Part shown: positions 21,237 to 29,675 of the stretch, one piece after another
Layout: each line of letters opens with the position of its first letter
How positions within the stretch are numbered: the first letter of the stretch is position 1
Origin: Parvicella sp.
GTDB lineage: Bacteria > Bacteroidota > Bacteroidia > Flavobacteriales_D > Parvicellaceae
Direction of reading: 5' to 3'
NCBI GenBank assembly: GCA_041583015.1
Contig: JBFHGR010000002.1
Coordinates: 6,181 to 70,180 of the forward strand
Length of the DNA stretch: 64,000 bases
Translations under genes and position numbers: made by a program
The notes under the pieces: generated by a model
Databases searched by the model: none
Told to the model about the DNA's origin: nothing
Seen by the model: the letters and a program-made list of their open reading frames with translations, nothing else

Positions 21237-21896
21237 ATGACAAAATCTTTACTTGCAGTAACAATCTTATTGCTATCCTCATCAATATTTGCACAGAAAG
21301 GCTATTGGGATAAATCTAAAATTGGATTTGTTATTGGACCAAAATTCAATAGTAGTGAAGTTATAAATGGTGCTCAAAGCACTAGTTACACCTATGGAGA
21401 AAAAGGAAGTTTCAATTTTGGAGCAAACATGATTACTAAATTAAATGACATCATTGCTCTTAATTATGGGATAACCGCTACTTGGAATTCTATGGAAAGA
21501 AAAGATAAATGTGAAACATGCGACTCGCCTGTAGCACTAACTAGCAATTTAAAATACCGTTATATTACTATTCCTTTACAAGCACAAGTTTATTTTCAAA
21601 ATGATAGACTTGACATTTTTGGCATTGCAGGGTTTAACTATAATTTTTTAACACGTTCTTTTGGTGATTATGCTAGTGCAGCAGGATCTTCTTACGAGTT
21701 AATTAACTTAAAAGAAAATACATCAAAATCATTGTATGGACTGGAAGTTGGTGCAGGAATTGATTATAATCTTTCATATAGAGGAAGTTTCAGATTGAAT
21801 GTAACTTACCAACATTACTTGAACTCTTTTAGTACAACTCCTGAAGCAAAAATGAGCGCAATTAGTATTACTCCAGGTATTTTTTATCAGTTTTAA
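21237..21896 (+). CDS. PorT-like/OmpA-like small outer-membrane beta-barrel protein
   Basis: Signal peptide, YITIPL motif, alternating beta-strands, C-terminal Phe (GIFYQF). Confidence 0.75.
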   Translation: MTKSLLAVTILLLSSSIFAQKGYWDKSKIGFVIGPKFNSSEVINGAQSTSYTYGEKGSFNFGANMITKLNDIIALNYGITATWNSMERKDKCETCDSPVALTSNLKYRYITIPLQAQVYFQNDRLDIFGIAGFNYNFLTRSFGDYASAAGSSYELINLKENTSKSLYGLEVGAGIDYNLSYRGSFRLNVTYQHYLNSFSTTPEAKMSAISITPGIFYQF

Positions 21897-22036
21897 TGTC
21901 TATAGGTGAAATTCTCATATTGGTTTTTGTTACAATAGCTTTTATCTTTGGCATATGGGGCGGTCTTAAACTATATAAATGGAATGCTAGAGACAGAGCC
22001 CAAATAGAAGAAAAGAACAAAAATAAAAAGTCGTAA
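21896..22036 (+). CDS. 46-aa single-pass membrane protein (not in the ORF track)
   Basis: MSIGEILILVFVTIAFIFGIWGGLKLYKWNARDRAQIEEKNKNKKS; starts by TAATG overlap with the upstream stop and ends 4 nt before the next ATG, filling the gap exactly. Confidence 0.75.
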   Translation: MSIGEILILVFVTIAFIFGIWGGLKLYKWNARDRAQIEEKNKNKKS

Positions 22037-22040
22037 CGGT

Positions 22041-22361
22041 ATGTTTGGAAATAACAATATGCAAGAAATGATGGCTAAAATGCAGGAAATGCAAGGAGCT
22101 GTTGAAGCATCAAAAAAGAAATTAGAGTCCATTTATGTCAAAGGTGAATCTGATGATCAAAGGGTGAGGTTTGTAATGAATGGCAACAGACGCGTAAGTG
22201 ATGTAAGCATTGATGAATCATTGCTCGGACCTGAACATAAAATTGCATTAGAAAAAATGCTAGAGCAAGCTTTCAATAAAGCTTTAGAAAATGCTAATAG
22301 CATCAACGAAGGCGAAATGAAGAATACTGCAGCAGGCATGCTGCCAGGAATGGGATTATAA
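22041..22361 (+). CDS. YbaB/EbfC nucleoid-associated protein
   Basis: MMAKMQEMQ...VKGES...VMNGNRRVSDVSID...AFNKALENA...TAAGMLPGM. Confidence 0.88.
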   Translation: MFGNNNMQEMMAKMQEMQGAVEASKKKLESIYVKGESDDQRVRFVMNGNRRVSDVSIDESLLGPEHKIALEKMLEQAFNKALENANSINEGEMKNTAAGMLPGMGL

Positions 22362-22382
22362 TAGTATTCCAAAATATTTCAA

Positions 22383-22877
22383 ATGGGACTATTCGATAAA
22401 TTTAAAAGCAAGAAAAAAGACGCTGACTCTGATGTGAAAGCCACTACAGATCAGGTAAAAACTCATTTGCGTGCCACAAATTATCCCATTAAAATTTTAG
22501 TTGCATGGGGAGAAGCCATTGATGGAAAAAGAGAAATAAGAGATTGGTTAGCCAAAAATGGCTATCCTGAATTAGCTGTTTTTTGTTTTGCTTTAAAAAA
22601 TGAAACTTCTGCCCAAGATTGGTTAATTAAAAATGGCTATCCTCAATTTGTGGCGTTAATCAAAGCAATTGAAGGTGAAAAAAGCGCTCAAGATTGGTTG
22701 ATGAAATACAAATTTGAAATCCTTCTTCATATTTCAGCCGCTGCAGGAGGGAATGTAGACTCCAAAAGATGGTTACTCAATACAGATAAAATATACGCTG
22801 CATTAGCAAATAAAATGGGTAGAATAAAAGATGATATTGAATGGAACAACAATTCAATACACACTTTCAATCCTTAA
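22383..22877 (+). CDS. Hypothetical protein with four ~25-aa helical repeats
   Basis: Repeated A(I/L)xGxxxA+DWLxKNGYP units. Confidence 0.75.
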   Translation: MGLFDKFKSKKKDADSDVKATTDQVKTHLRATNYPIKILVAWGEAIDGKREIRDWLAKNGYPELAVFCFALKNETSAQDWLIKNGYPQFVALIKAIEGEKSAQDWLMKYKFEILLHISAAAGGNVDSKRWLLNTDKIYAALANKMGRIKDDIEWNNNSIHTFNP

Positions 22878-22888
22878 AATTAAAACAA

Positions 22889-23632
22889 ATGGACATTAAA
22901 GCGATTATCATAGATGACATCAAAAATGCACGAGATAATATCAAACTAGATTTGGAGTCTTACTGTCCCAATGTTTCTATAATCGGTGAAGCAGAAGGAG
23001 TTGTTTCTGGTGCTAAATTAATCAAAGAAACTAACCCTGATGTAGTTTTTCTAGATATCCAAATGCAGGACGGAACAGGTTTTGACCTATTAGAAATTAT
23101 AGGCAATCAAGACTTGAAAGTAATCTTCACCACAGCCTCAGATGAGCACGCCATAAGAGCATTTAGAATGTCTGCAGTGGATTACTTATTAAAACCTATT
23201 GATCCTGACGAATTAGTTGAAGCGGTAAAGAAAATTGAGCAATCAAACTCATTGTCTAAAGACAATTTTGAAATCCTTCATCAAGGAATTCAAAATCATC
23301 AAACCATTACCAGGCTTGCATTAAACACACTAGAAAAAATTCACATCATTGAAATTGCAAATATTGTCAGATGCGAATCAAGTGTTAATTACACAACTTT
23401 TTTCTTGGCAGACAAAACAAAATTAATGGTTACTAAAACTCTAAAGGAATATGACGAGTTACTCACTCCTCTCGGTTTTATTAGAGTACATCAAACGCAT
23501 TTAGTCAATGCTAAATTGGTTAAAGAGTTTGTAAAAACAGATGGCGGTTATTTATTGATGAAAGACGGAAGTACTGCTCCTGTATCTACTAGAAAAAAAC
23601 AAGCAGTAGTTGAAGCATTGTCATTAATCTAA
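22889..23632 (+). CDS. LytR/AlgR-family response regulator
   Basis: Receiver IIIDD...VFLDIQM...FTTA...DYLLKP and LytTR IRVHQTHLVN; ATG at 22889. Confidence 0.93.
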   Translation: MDIKAIIIDDIKNARDNIKLDLESYCPNVSIIGEAEGVVSGAKLIKETNPDVVFLDIQMQDGTGFDLLEIIGNQDLKVIFTTASDEHAIRAFRMSAVDYLLKPIDPDELVEAVKKIEQSNSLSKDNFEILHQGIQNHQTITRLALNTLEKIHIIEIANIVRCESSVNYTTFFLADKTKLMVTKTLKEYDELLTPLGFIRVHQTHLVNAKLVKEFVKTDGGYLLMKDGSTAPVSTRKKQAVVEALSLI

Positions 23633-23642
23633 TTTTTGTACG

Positions 23643-25325
23643 ATGTCTCCAGACAAACGCTTCATCCCATTTGATGCACCAATAGATCATTTCTCACTAC
23701 CTCAAAAATTTACCTTCCCTTTTTATTATACTCCGCATCCATTAGCAAAATTAGCAGCATCTCAACTACAAGAATATCTAATAAATCAATCAGATTTTGA
23801 ACATAATTTTGGTTTAGACCCTTCTGATGAAAGTTTAATTATTGGCAAAATGTTTGGCGTATTAGTTGTCCAAAATAAAGAAGGCAAATTAGGTTTTCTT
23901 GCGGCTTTTTCCGGAAAACTAGCAGACCAAAATCATCACGACATATTTGTCCCACCTGTTTTTGATATGCTTTATGAAAACAGCTTCTTTTTAAAACAAA
24001 GTAAAGTTGTCAATGAAATCAATCGACAACTAGAACTTATTGAATCAGATCCTAATTTTATTGAACTTAATCGCACCCATGAAAAATTAGCACTTGCTAC
24101 GCAACAAGAAATTCAACAAAAGAAACAAGCGTTGAATAAAGCGAAAAAAGAAAGAAAAGAAATTCGTAAAAAAGCTGAAAAAGAAATGTCTGCTGTTGAT
24201 TTTGCTGCTTTAAAGGAAGCACATAAAAAGGAAAGTTTAAAACAACAATTCTTTTACAGAGAACTTACTCATCATCTTACGGAAAAATTGGAAAAAGTAA
24301 GTACTGCACTTACAAAGTACACTGACCAAATAAAAGCACTGAAGCAAGAAAGAAAAGAAAAATCTAACGCCTTACAACAAGAATTATTTGAGCAATATAC
24401 ATTTTTAAATTCAGCCAAAGAAAACAAAAGTTTATATCAAATATTCAATGAAGGTTTCAATATTAACCCACCAGCAGGTGCTGGAGAGTGCGCTGCTCCC
24501 AAACTACTTCAATATGCTTTCCGCAACGATTTAAAACCAATTACTATGGCAGAATTTTGGTGGGGAGTGCCACCAAAATCGGAGGTTAGAGCACATGCTC
24601 ACTTCTACCCTGCTTGCCGTGGGAAATGTGAACCTATACTGAATCACATGTTGTCTAACATCGAACTAGACGAAAACCCCATGGAGAAGAATTTTGCTAA
24701 AGACAAAATTATTGAAATCATATATGAAGATGATTACTTCCTTGCTATAAATAAACCTCCGGAATTACTTTCTGTTCCTGGCATCAACGTGCAAGACTCG
24801 GTATATACAAGAATGCAAGTAAAATATTCATCTGCAACAGGACCACTTATCGTACACCGATTAGATATGAATACTTCTGGACTGATGCTAATTGCCAAGA
24901 CCAAAGAAGTTCACAAAATGCTACAAGGTCAGTTTATCAAAAGAAAAGTAAAAAAAGAATACGTAGCTATTCTGCAAGGTCATGTAGCCAAAGATAAAGG
25001 CAAAATTTCGTTACCACTTAGAGTTGACCTTGATGATAGACCTAGACAATTGGTTTGCTATGAGCACGGAAAAAAAGCTGAAACAGAATGGGAAGTAGAG
25101 AGTAGAACAGAAAAAACTACAAGAATTAGGTTCTTTCCTATCACCGGTAGAACACATCAACTAAGAGTACACGCTGCTCATCCTGATGGTTTGAACACCC
25201 CTATTCTTGGTGATGATTTATATGGCAACAAGGACGAACGATTGTACTTACATGCACATAAAATTTCACTTTTACATCCTATTAGCAGAGTTCCAATAAC
25301 CTTTGAAGCTAAAGCAGCATTTTAG
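23643..25325 (+). CDS. RluA-family pseudouridine synthase with long N-terminal extension
   Basis: C-terminal NKPPELLSVPG, catalytic HRLD, TGRTHQLRVH, ILGDDLYG, LHA; about 350-aa N-terminal extension with a coiled coil. Confidence 0.9.
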   Translation: MSPDKRFIPFDAPIDHFSLPQKFTFPFYYTPHPLAKLAASQLQEYLINQSDFEHNFGLDPSDESLIIGKMFGVLVVQNKEGKLGFLAAFSGKLADQNHHDIFVPPVFDMLYENSFFLKQSKVVNEINRQLELIESDPNFIELNRTHEKLALATQQEIQQKKQALNKAKKERKEIRKKAEKEMSAVDFAALKEAHKKESLKQQFFYRELTHHLTEKLEKVSTALTKYTDQIKALKQERKEKSNALQQELFEQYTFLNSAKENKSLYQIFNEGFNINPPAGAGECAAPKLLQYAFRNDLKPITMAEFWWGVPPKSEVRAHAHFYPACRGKCEPILNHMLSNIELDENPMEKNFAKDKIIEIIYEDDYFLAINKPPELLSVPGINVQDSVYTRMQVKYSSATGPLIVHRLDMNTSGLMLIAKTKEVHKMLQGQFIKRKVKKEYVAILQGHVAKDKGKISLPLRVDLDDRPRQLVCYEHGKKAETEWEVESRTEKTTRIRFFPITGRTHQLRVHAAHPDGLNTPILGDDLYGNKDERLYLHAHKISLLHPISRVPITFEAKAAF

Positions 25326-25387
25326 TAGCCATTTGGAACTCTTCAGGATAATTACGATGTTTGACACTTAATAAACCTGCCCGTAAT

Positions 25388-26023
25388 ATGAATCCATTAG
25401 TAGACGCTTATATCAGCCAATCCCAATCTTGGCAACCAGAAATGACCACATTAAGAAGTTTATTACTTGAATGTGGGCTTACTGAAGATTTTAAATGGCG
25501 AGTTCCTTGCTATACGCATAATGGCAAAAATGTTGTTTTAATCGGTAAGTTTAAAGAGTATTGTACTTTAAGTTTTCTAAAAGGTGTATTAATAAAAGAC
25601 ACCAACAACATATTGGTATTACCCGGTGAACATTCACAATCTGTGAAGATGGCTAAATTTACGAGTATTCAAGAAATTCAAAACATTACTACTACATTAA
25701 AAGCATATATTTTTGAAGCTATTGAAATAGAAAAAGCAGGATTAAAAATACCAGCCACAAAATCAAAAATCCTTGACTATCCAGATGAATTAGTTGCAAA
25801 AATGGAAGCAGATAGCAATTTCAAAACAGCCTTTGAGAAACTTACACCAGGTAGACAAAGAGGATACAATATGTTTTTTACTGCTGCAAAGCAATCTAAA
25901 ACAAGAATCACTAGAATAGAAAAATACGAAGATAGAATCCTCAAAGGTTTTGGAATCAATGATTGTGTTTGCGGTCATTCTAAAAGGATGCCAGGATGTG
26001 ATGGATCTCATAAATACCTATAA
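25388..26023 (+). CDS. DUF1801/YdeI (OmdA-associated) protein with C-terminal CDGSH motif
   Basis: EDFKWRVPCY, FEKLTPGRQRGY...AKQSKTRITRIEK, then CVCGHSKRMPGCDGSH; ATG at 25388. Confidence 0.88.
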   Translation: MNPLVDAYISQSQSWQPEMTTLRSLLLECGLTEDFKWRVPCYTHNGKNVVLIGKFKEYCTLSFLKGVLIKDTNNILVLPGEHSQSVKMAKFTSIQEIQNITTTLKAYIFEAIEIEKAGLKIPATKSKILDYPDELVAKMEADSNFKTAFEKLTPGRQRGYNMFFTAAKQSKTRITRIEKYEDRILKGFGINDCVCGHSKRMPGCDGSHKYL

Positions 26024-26228
26024 CTTTTCCCCTACTGTTCTTAACATTCCACATTAGTCAATAAAACATTCCAAAATTGTGGAAATAAATTCATCTTTCA
26101 TTTTGTTAGGTTAATAATCTATAAAGTAGACATTAATCATTATTTACCTCGATTTAACTCATCCTATCTAAAATTCAATCCATTTTTTTATTAAATTCGG
26201 GACAAATAAATTTAAACAAATAAAAAAA

Positions 26229-26891
26229 ATGGGATTTTTTAAACGAATTGGAGACATATTCAGGTCAAACGTGAACGATGCATTGGATAATGCAGAGAAC
26301 CCTGAGAAAATGATTAAGTTAATGGTAGTGGATATGAAAGAATCCATTACACAGTCTACTGCTGCTTTAGCAAAAGCAATGGCACATACAAAGCAGATGG
26401 AAAAAAAGAAAAATTTCCACAAAGCACAATCTGAAGCATGGCAACAAAAAGCAATGGCTGCATTACAAGCAGGCAATGAAGAATTGGCTAAGAAAGCTTT
26501 GGCTAAGAAAAATACTGAGGACCAAAACTACGCACAGTACAATGGTATGTTTGAACAAGCAGATGCTACAACTACCAAATTGAAAGGTCAATTGGAGAAA
26601 TTAAAGCAAAAATATGACGAAGCAAAAGCAAAAGAATCAATGTTGATTGCTAGAAGCAAAAACGCAGAAGCGCAGTCTGATATTGCTAAAAACATTGGTG
26701 GATTTAATGAAAATGCATTTGCTAATTTCGACAAATTTGAAGAGAAAATAATGGAAAAAGAAGCGGAAGCAGAGGCTTTTACTGATATGTCTTCTGTTGA
26801 AATCGCTTTAGATGATGAGTTTGAGGCACTTGAAACTAATGCTGCTGTAGATTCAGAATTAGCAAAACTTAAAGAAATGATGAATAAGTAA
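26229..26891 (+). CDS. pspA: PspA/IM30 (ESCRT-III superfamily) protein
   Basis: MGFFKRIGDIFRSNVNDALDNAENPEKM amphipathic N-helix, AGNEELAKKAL, FDKFEEKI..KEAEAEA, ELAKLK terminus. Confidence 0.93.
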   Translation: MGFFKRIGDIFRSNVNDALDNAENPEKMIKLMVVDMKESITQSTAALAKAMAHTKQMEKKKNFHKAQSEAWQQKAMAALQAGNEELAKKALAKKNTEDQNYAQYNGMFEQADATTTKLKGQLEKLKQKYDEAKAKESMLIARSKNAEAQSDIAKNIGGFNENAFANFDKFEEKIMEKEAEAEAFTDMSSVEIALDDEFEALETNAAVDSELAKLKEMMNK

Positions 26892-26957
26892 TCATTTACT
26901 TACTTATCTAATGTCACTGTAAAGTGACCATTATAAAACATTAAAAAACAAATAATA

Positions 26958-27395
26958 ATGCCAAAATTTAAATTATTACATACTGGCGAAAACCAAGCCC
27001 TAGTAAACGAAACTTATAAAAAAATTGAAGGATACATCTCTGAGTTATTTCATGATGATGAAGTCATTAAAATTGACGACATGTTTTCATTTTCATTTGG
27101 AACTGTAACAGTAAATATTCTTATTAGACCTTGGCACAGTGAAGATGTTCTAGTAGATGTATTTTCATACTTAGCAGAAGAAGTTGAATTATCAAAAGAT
27201 CAGTTAGATGAATTATTAAGATTGAACGCAACTATTCCTTTTGGAAGTTTTGGTCTTTCTATGGAAAATTCGGTAAAATTCTCTTATACTTTAGCCGGAA
27301 AAAATATAGATATGAATGAGTTCTCTGCTGCGGTACAAAATATTGCTGCTATTGCAGATCAATATGATGAACAATTTGAAATTGTTGCCAACTAA
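26958..27395 (+). CDS. YbjN/CesT-type (T3SS chaperone fold) protein
   Basis: FSFGTVTVNILIRPW...LLRLNATIPFGSFGL...YTLAGKNIDMNEFSAAVQNIAAIADQYD pattern. Confidence 0.8.
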   Translation: MPKFKLLHTGENQALVNETYKKIEGYISELFHDDEVIKIDDMFSFSFGTVTVNILIRPWHSEDVLVDVFSYLAEEVELSKDQLDELLRLNATIPFGSFGLSMENSVKFSYTLAGKNIDMNEFSAAVQNIAAIADQYDEQFEIVAN

Positions 27396-27408
27396 AATAT
27401 AAATACTT

Positions 27409-28197
27409 ATGTGGGTTATTGGAATTATCCTAATAGCAGTAGGAATCGGACTGTTCTTTTACAAGAAAAAGTTAGAAGATAAACTACTAAATGTAAAATA
27501 CTTTGATAAAACAGATATCAATTCTGCGGTAGATACTTGCTTGAGTGTTTCCAAGGAATTAGGAAGCGGTCACTATTCTCAAATGGTAAAAATTGAAGCA
27601 AAAGCTACAATAGACCAACCCATAATTGCTGAATTTAGTAACCAAGAGTGTGTTTATTTTGAAGCTTCTGCCGAACATGAATATGAAACATTAGTAGAAA
27701 CAAAAAATGACAAAGGAAGAGTAATTAGAAACTGGATTCCTGGAAGTGAAAAAATAGGTTCCGTGAAAGAAGGTGGTCTGTTCATTTTGAAAGACAATAC
27801 TGGCCAAGTAGAAATTGATATACAAGGCTCTGAATTGACTATCAAGCAGTCAGTAAAACAATTTAAATCTTCTGGAAGATCTAAAGATTTTTCTTTTGGT
27901 TCATACAGCCCACGTTCTGATAGAGATTTTAAATCAAAAGGGTATTCTATTTTAGAAAAGAACATTCAATTAGGTACGCAATTATTTGTTATTGGTGAAT
28001 TACATGATAGAAATGGTTCTCCAATGATTGGCTTACCTAAAGAGAAAGGAAATCCATTTATGGTTTCTATTCATTCCGAAGAAAAAATAATTGGAGGGTT
28101 GGAAAACAAAACTAAGAATGTATTTTACGGAAGTATTGCCTGCATGATTATTGGAGCAGGATTAACTGCCTATGGATTAATAACAACATTCCTGTAA
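27409..28197 (+). CDS. GIDE-domain membrane protein (MUL1/SP1-like, no RING)
   Basis: TM helix at each end; core VKIEAKA...CVYF...FILKDNTGQVEID...EKNIQLGTQLFVIGEL...PKEKGNPFMVSIHSEEKII. Confidence 0.75.
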   Translation: MWVIGIILIAVGIGLFFYKKKLEDKLLNVKYFDKTDINSAVDTCLSVSKELGSGHYSQMVKIEAKATIDQPIIAEFSNQECVYFEASAEHEYETLVETKNDKGRVIRNWIPGSEKIGSVKEGGLFILKDNTGQVEIDIQGSELTIKQSVKQFKSSGRSKDFSFGSYSPRSDRDFKSKGYSILEKNIQLGTQLFVIGELHDRNGSPMIGLPKEKGNPFMVSIHSEEKIIGGLENKTKNVFYGSIACMIIGAGLTAYGLITTFL

Positions 28198-28223
28198 TCA
28201 ACAAATAAGTATTTAATAATATT

Positions 28224-28256
28224 GAGGCTAATCTTAATGATTAGCCTCTTTTTTTT
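28224..28256 (+). terminator. Intrinsic terminator closing the pspA operon
   Basis: GAGGCTAATC-TTAAT-GATTAGCCTC followed by a T run. Confidence 0.85.
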
Positions 28257-28269
28257 ATATTTTTATAGC

Positions 28270-28449
28270 ATGAATAGAGGTTTATTAAGAATTGTAGTAG
28301 GTGCTATAGCTGGAGGTCTTGGTTTTTATCAAATTTTCTCTACAAAAGAAGAAATTGAAATTCTTCAATTAGTCTTGGCTGGATATGGTTTATTTTCTAT
28401 CGGAATGGGAATTTACTATTTGCAAAAAGATAAAAACGAAAAAACATAA
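28270..28449 (+). CDS. Small two-helix membrane protein (59 aa)
   Basis: MNRGLLRIVVGAIAGGLGFYQIF...LQLVLAGYGLFSIGMGIYYL; ATG at 28270. Confidence 0.7.
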   Translation: MNRGLLRIVVGAIAGGLGFYQIFSTKEEIEILQLVLAGYGLFSIGMGIYYLQKDKNEKT

Positions 28450-28453
28450 ATAT

Positions 28454-28876
28454 ATGTACAAAATAATTTTACTAGCAGCCTGTGTAGCGTTACTAAGTTG
28501 TAGCACTAAAAACAATAACACAACTCAAGCAAAAAACTCAGAATCCGCAGTGTCTACCAAAGAAAAAACAATTAAGCTAACTCCCTTACAGACGAAGTAT
28601 ACTGTTGCTGTAGGACAAAAGATGGAATATACTGCAAGTGTACATGGTTCTGTTGGAGCAACAACTAAGGTTACTACTGACGAAAGTATTGTTAAATTAA
28701 TTGACACAGATTTTAAGTATAACAATCCATCTAAAAGTGATATGCCTGGAGGAGACTCTGGTAAAAGAACATACACTTTTGAAGCTTTACAGCCAGGTAT
28801 TGGTTCTTTAACAATAGTAGACTCTTTCCAAGGGGAAGTACAAAACACTTACGAATTAGAAATTACTGTTGAGTAG
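28454..28876 (+). CDS. Lipoprotein with probable chagasin/I42 inhibitor-like Ig fold
   Basis: Lipobox LLSC; YTVAVGQKM...PGGDSGKRTYTFEALQPG...YELEITVE; ATG at 28454. Confidence 0.65.
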   Translation: MYKIILLAACVALLSCSTKNNNTTQAKNSESAVSTKEKTIKLTPLQTKYTVAVGQKMEYTASVHGSVGATTKVTTDESIVKLIDTDFKYNNPSKSDMPGGDSGKRTYTFEALQPGIGSLTIVDSFQGEVQNTYELEITVE

Positions 28877-28887
28877 ATCTTAAACAA

Positions 28888-28929
28888 AAAAAACTTCTAA
28901 ATACATGTCTAGTGCATTAGAAGTTTTTT
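28888..28929. terminator. Bidirectional terminator
   Basis: AAAAAACTTCTAA...TTAGAAGTTTTTT inverted repeat between convergent genes. Confidence 0.75.
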
Positions 28930-28950
28930 ATTTTCTCTATAGTAAAATGC

Positions 28951-29673
28951 TTACATTTTCACCAAATACTTTCCTTTCTTAATTGGAATAACATTTGTTT
29001 GATTTGGCGTCAAGCAATACTTGATATCCTCATTTAAGTTCAAATCACGTAACCTTCTTCTATGAGAAGACGCTTTCAAATACCCGTTGATATTCTCACT
29101 TGCAGACCTAAATAAATACTTTGCAGCAATAGATGAATCAAAATCACTTCTAAACTTACCACTTTCAAGTAATTTATCTACAAATGCTCCTGCACAAATA
29201 GTATCTTCCAAGCAAAATGTTTCTTTCCAGCCAGAGCCTAGTAACAATACATTTCGCTTTTGTTTGATTAGCCAATCACTTAAAGCATCTAAATTCAGTA
29301 GCGATCCGATAACAACAGTTTCTGCTTTTCGAGCCGTGTGAATAGCCATAGTGCCGTTTGTAGTAGTGATAACAATAGTTTCGCCCTTGTATTTTCCATC
29401 CACATACGATAGTGGCGAGTTTCCTAATGTAAATCCATCCACAATCTGACCTTTTCGCTCTGCTGCGACAATAAACCCTTTCTTTTTGTATTCTAACGCC
29501 TCTTCCAATGTGGCTACAGGAATCATTTTCTTAACACCACCTTCAAATGCTGCACACATAGCAGAAGTAGCACGAAGAACATCAATACAGACTACTATAT
29601 CAACGTCTTCATTATATAATTCATATGAACGAGGAGTGAAGCAAACTTCTACCCTTGGTTTTCCTTTAGGCAT
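28951..29673 (-). CDS. comB: 2-phosphosulfolactate phosphatase family protein
   Basis: IDVLRATS, GNSP, TTTNGT and FCLEDTICAG motifs. Confidence 0.9.
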   Translation of the reverse strand: MPKGKPRVEVCFTPRSYELYNEDVDIVVCIDVLRATSAMCAAFEGGVKKMIPVATLEEALEYKKKGFIVAAERKGQIVDGFTLGNSPLSYVDGKYKGETIVITTTNGTMAIHTARKAETVVIGSLLNLDALSDWLIKQKRNVLLLGSGWKETFCLEDTICAGAFVDKLLESGKFRSDFDSSIAAKYLFRSASENINGYLKASSHRRRLRDLNLNEDIKYCLTPNQTNVIPIKKGKYLVKM

Positions 29674-29675
29674 AA

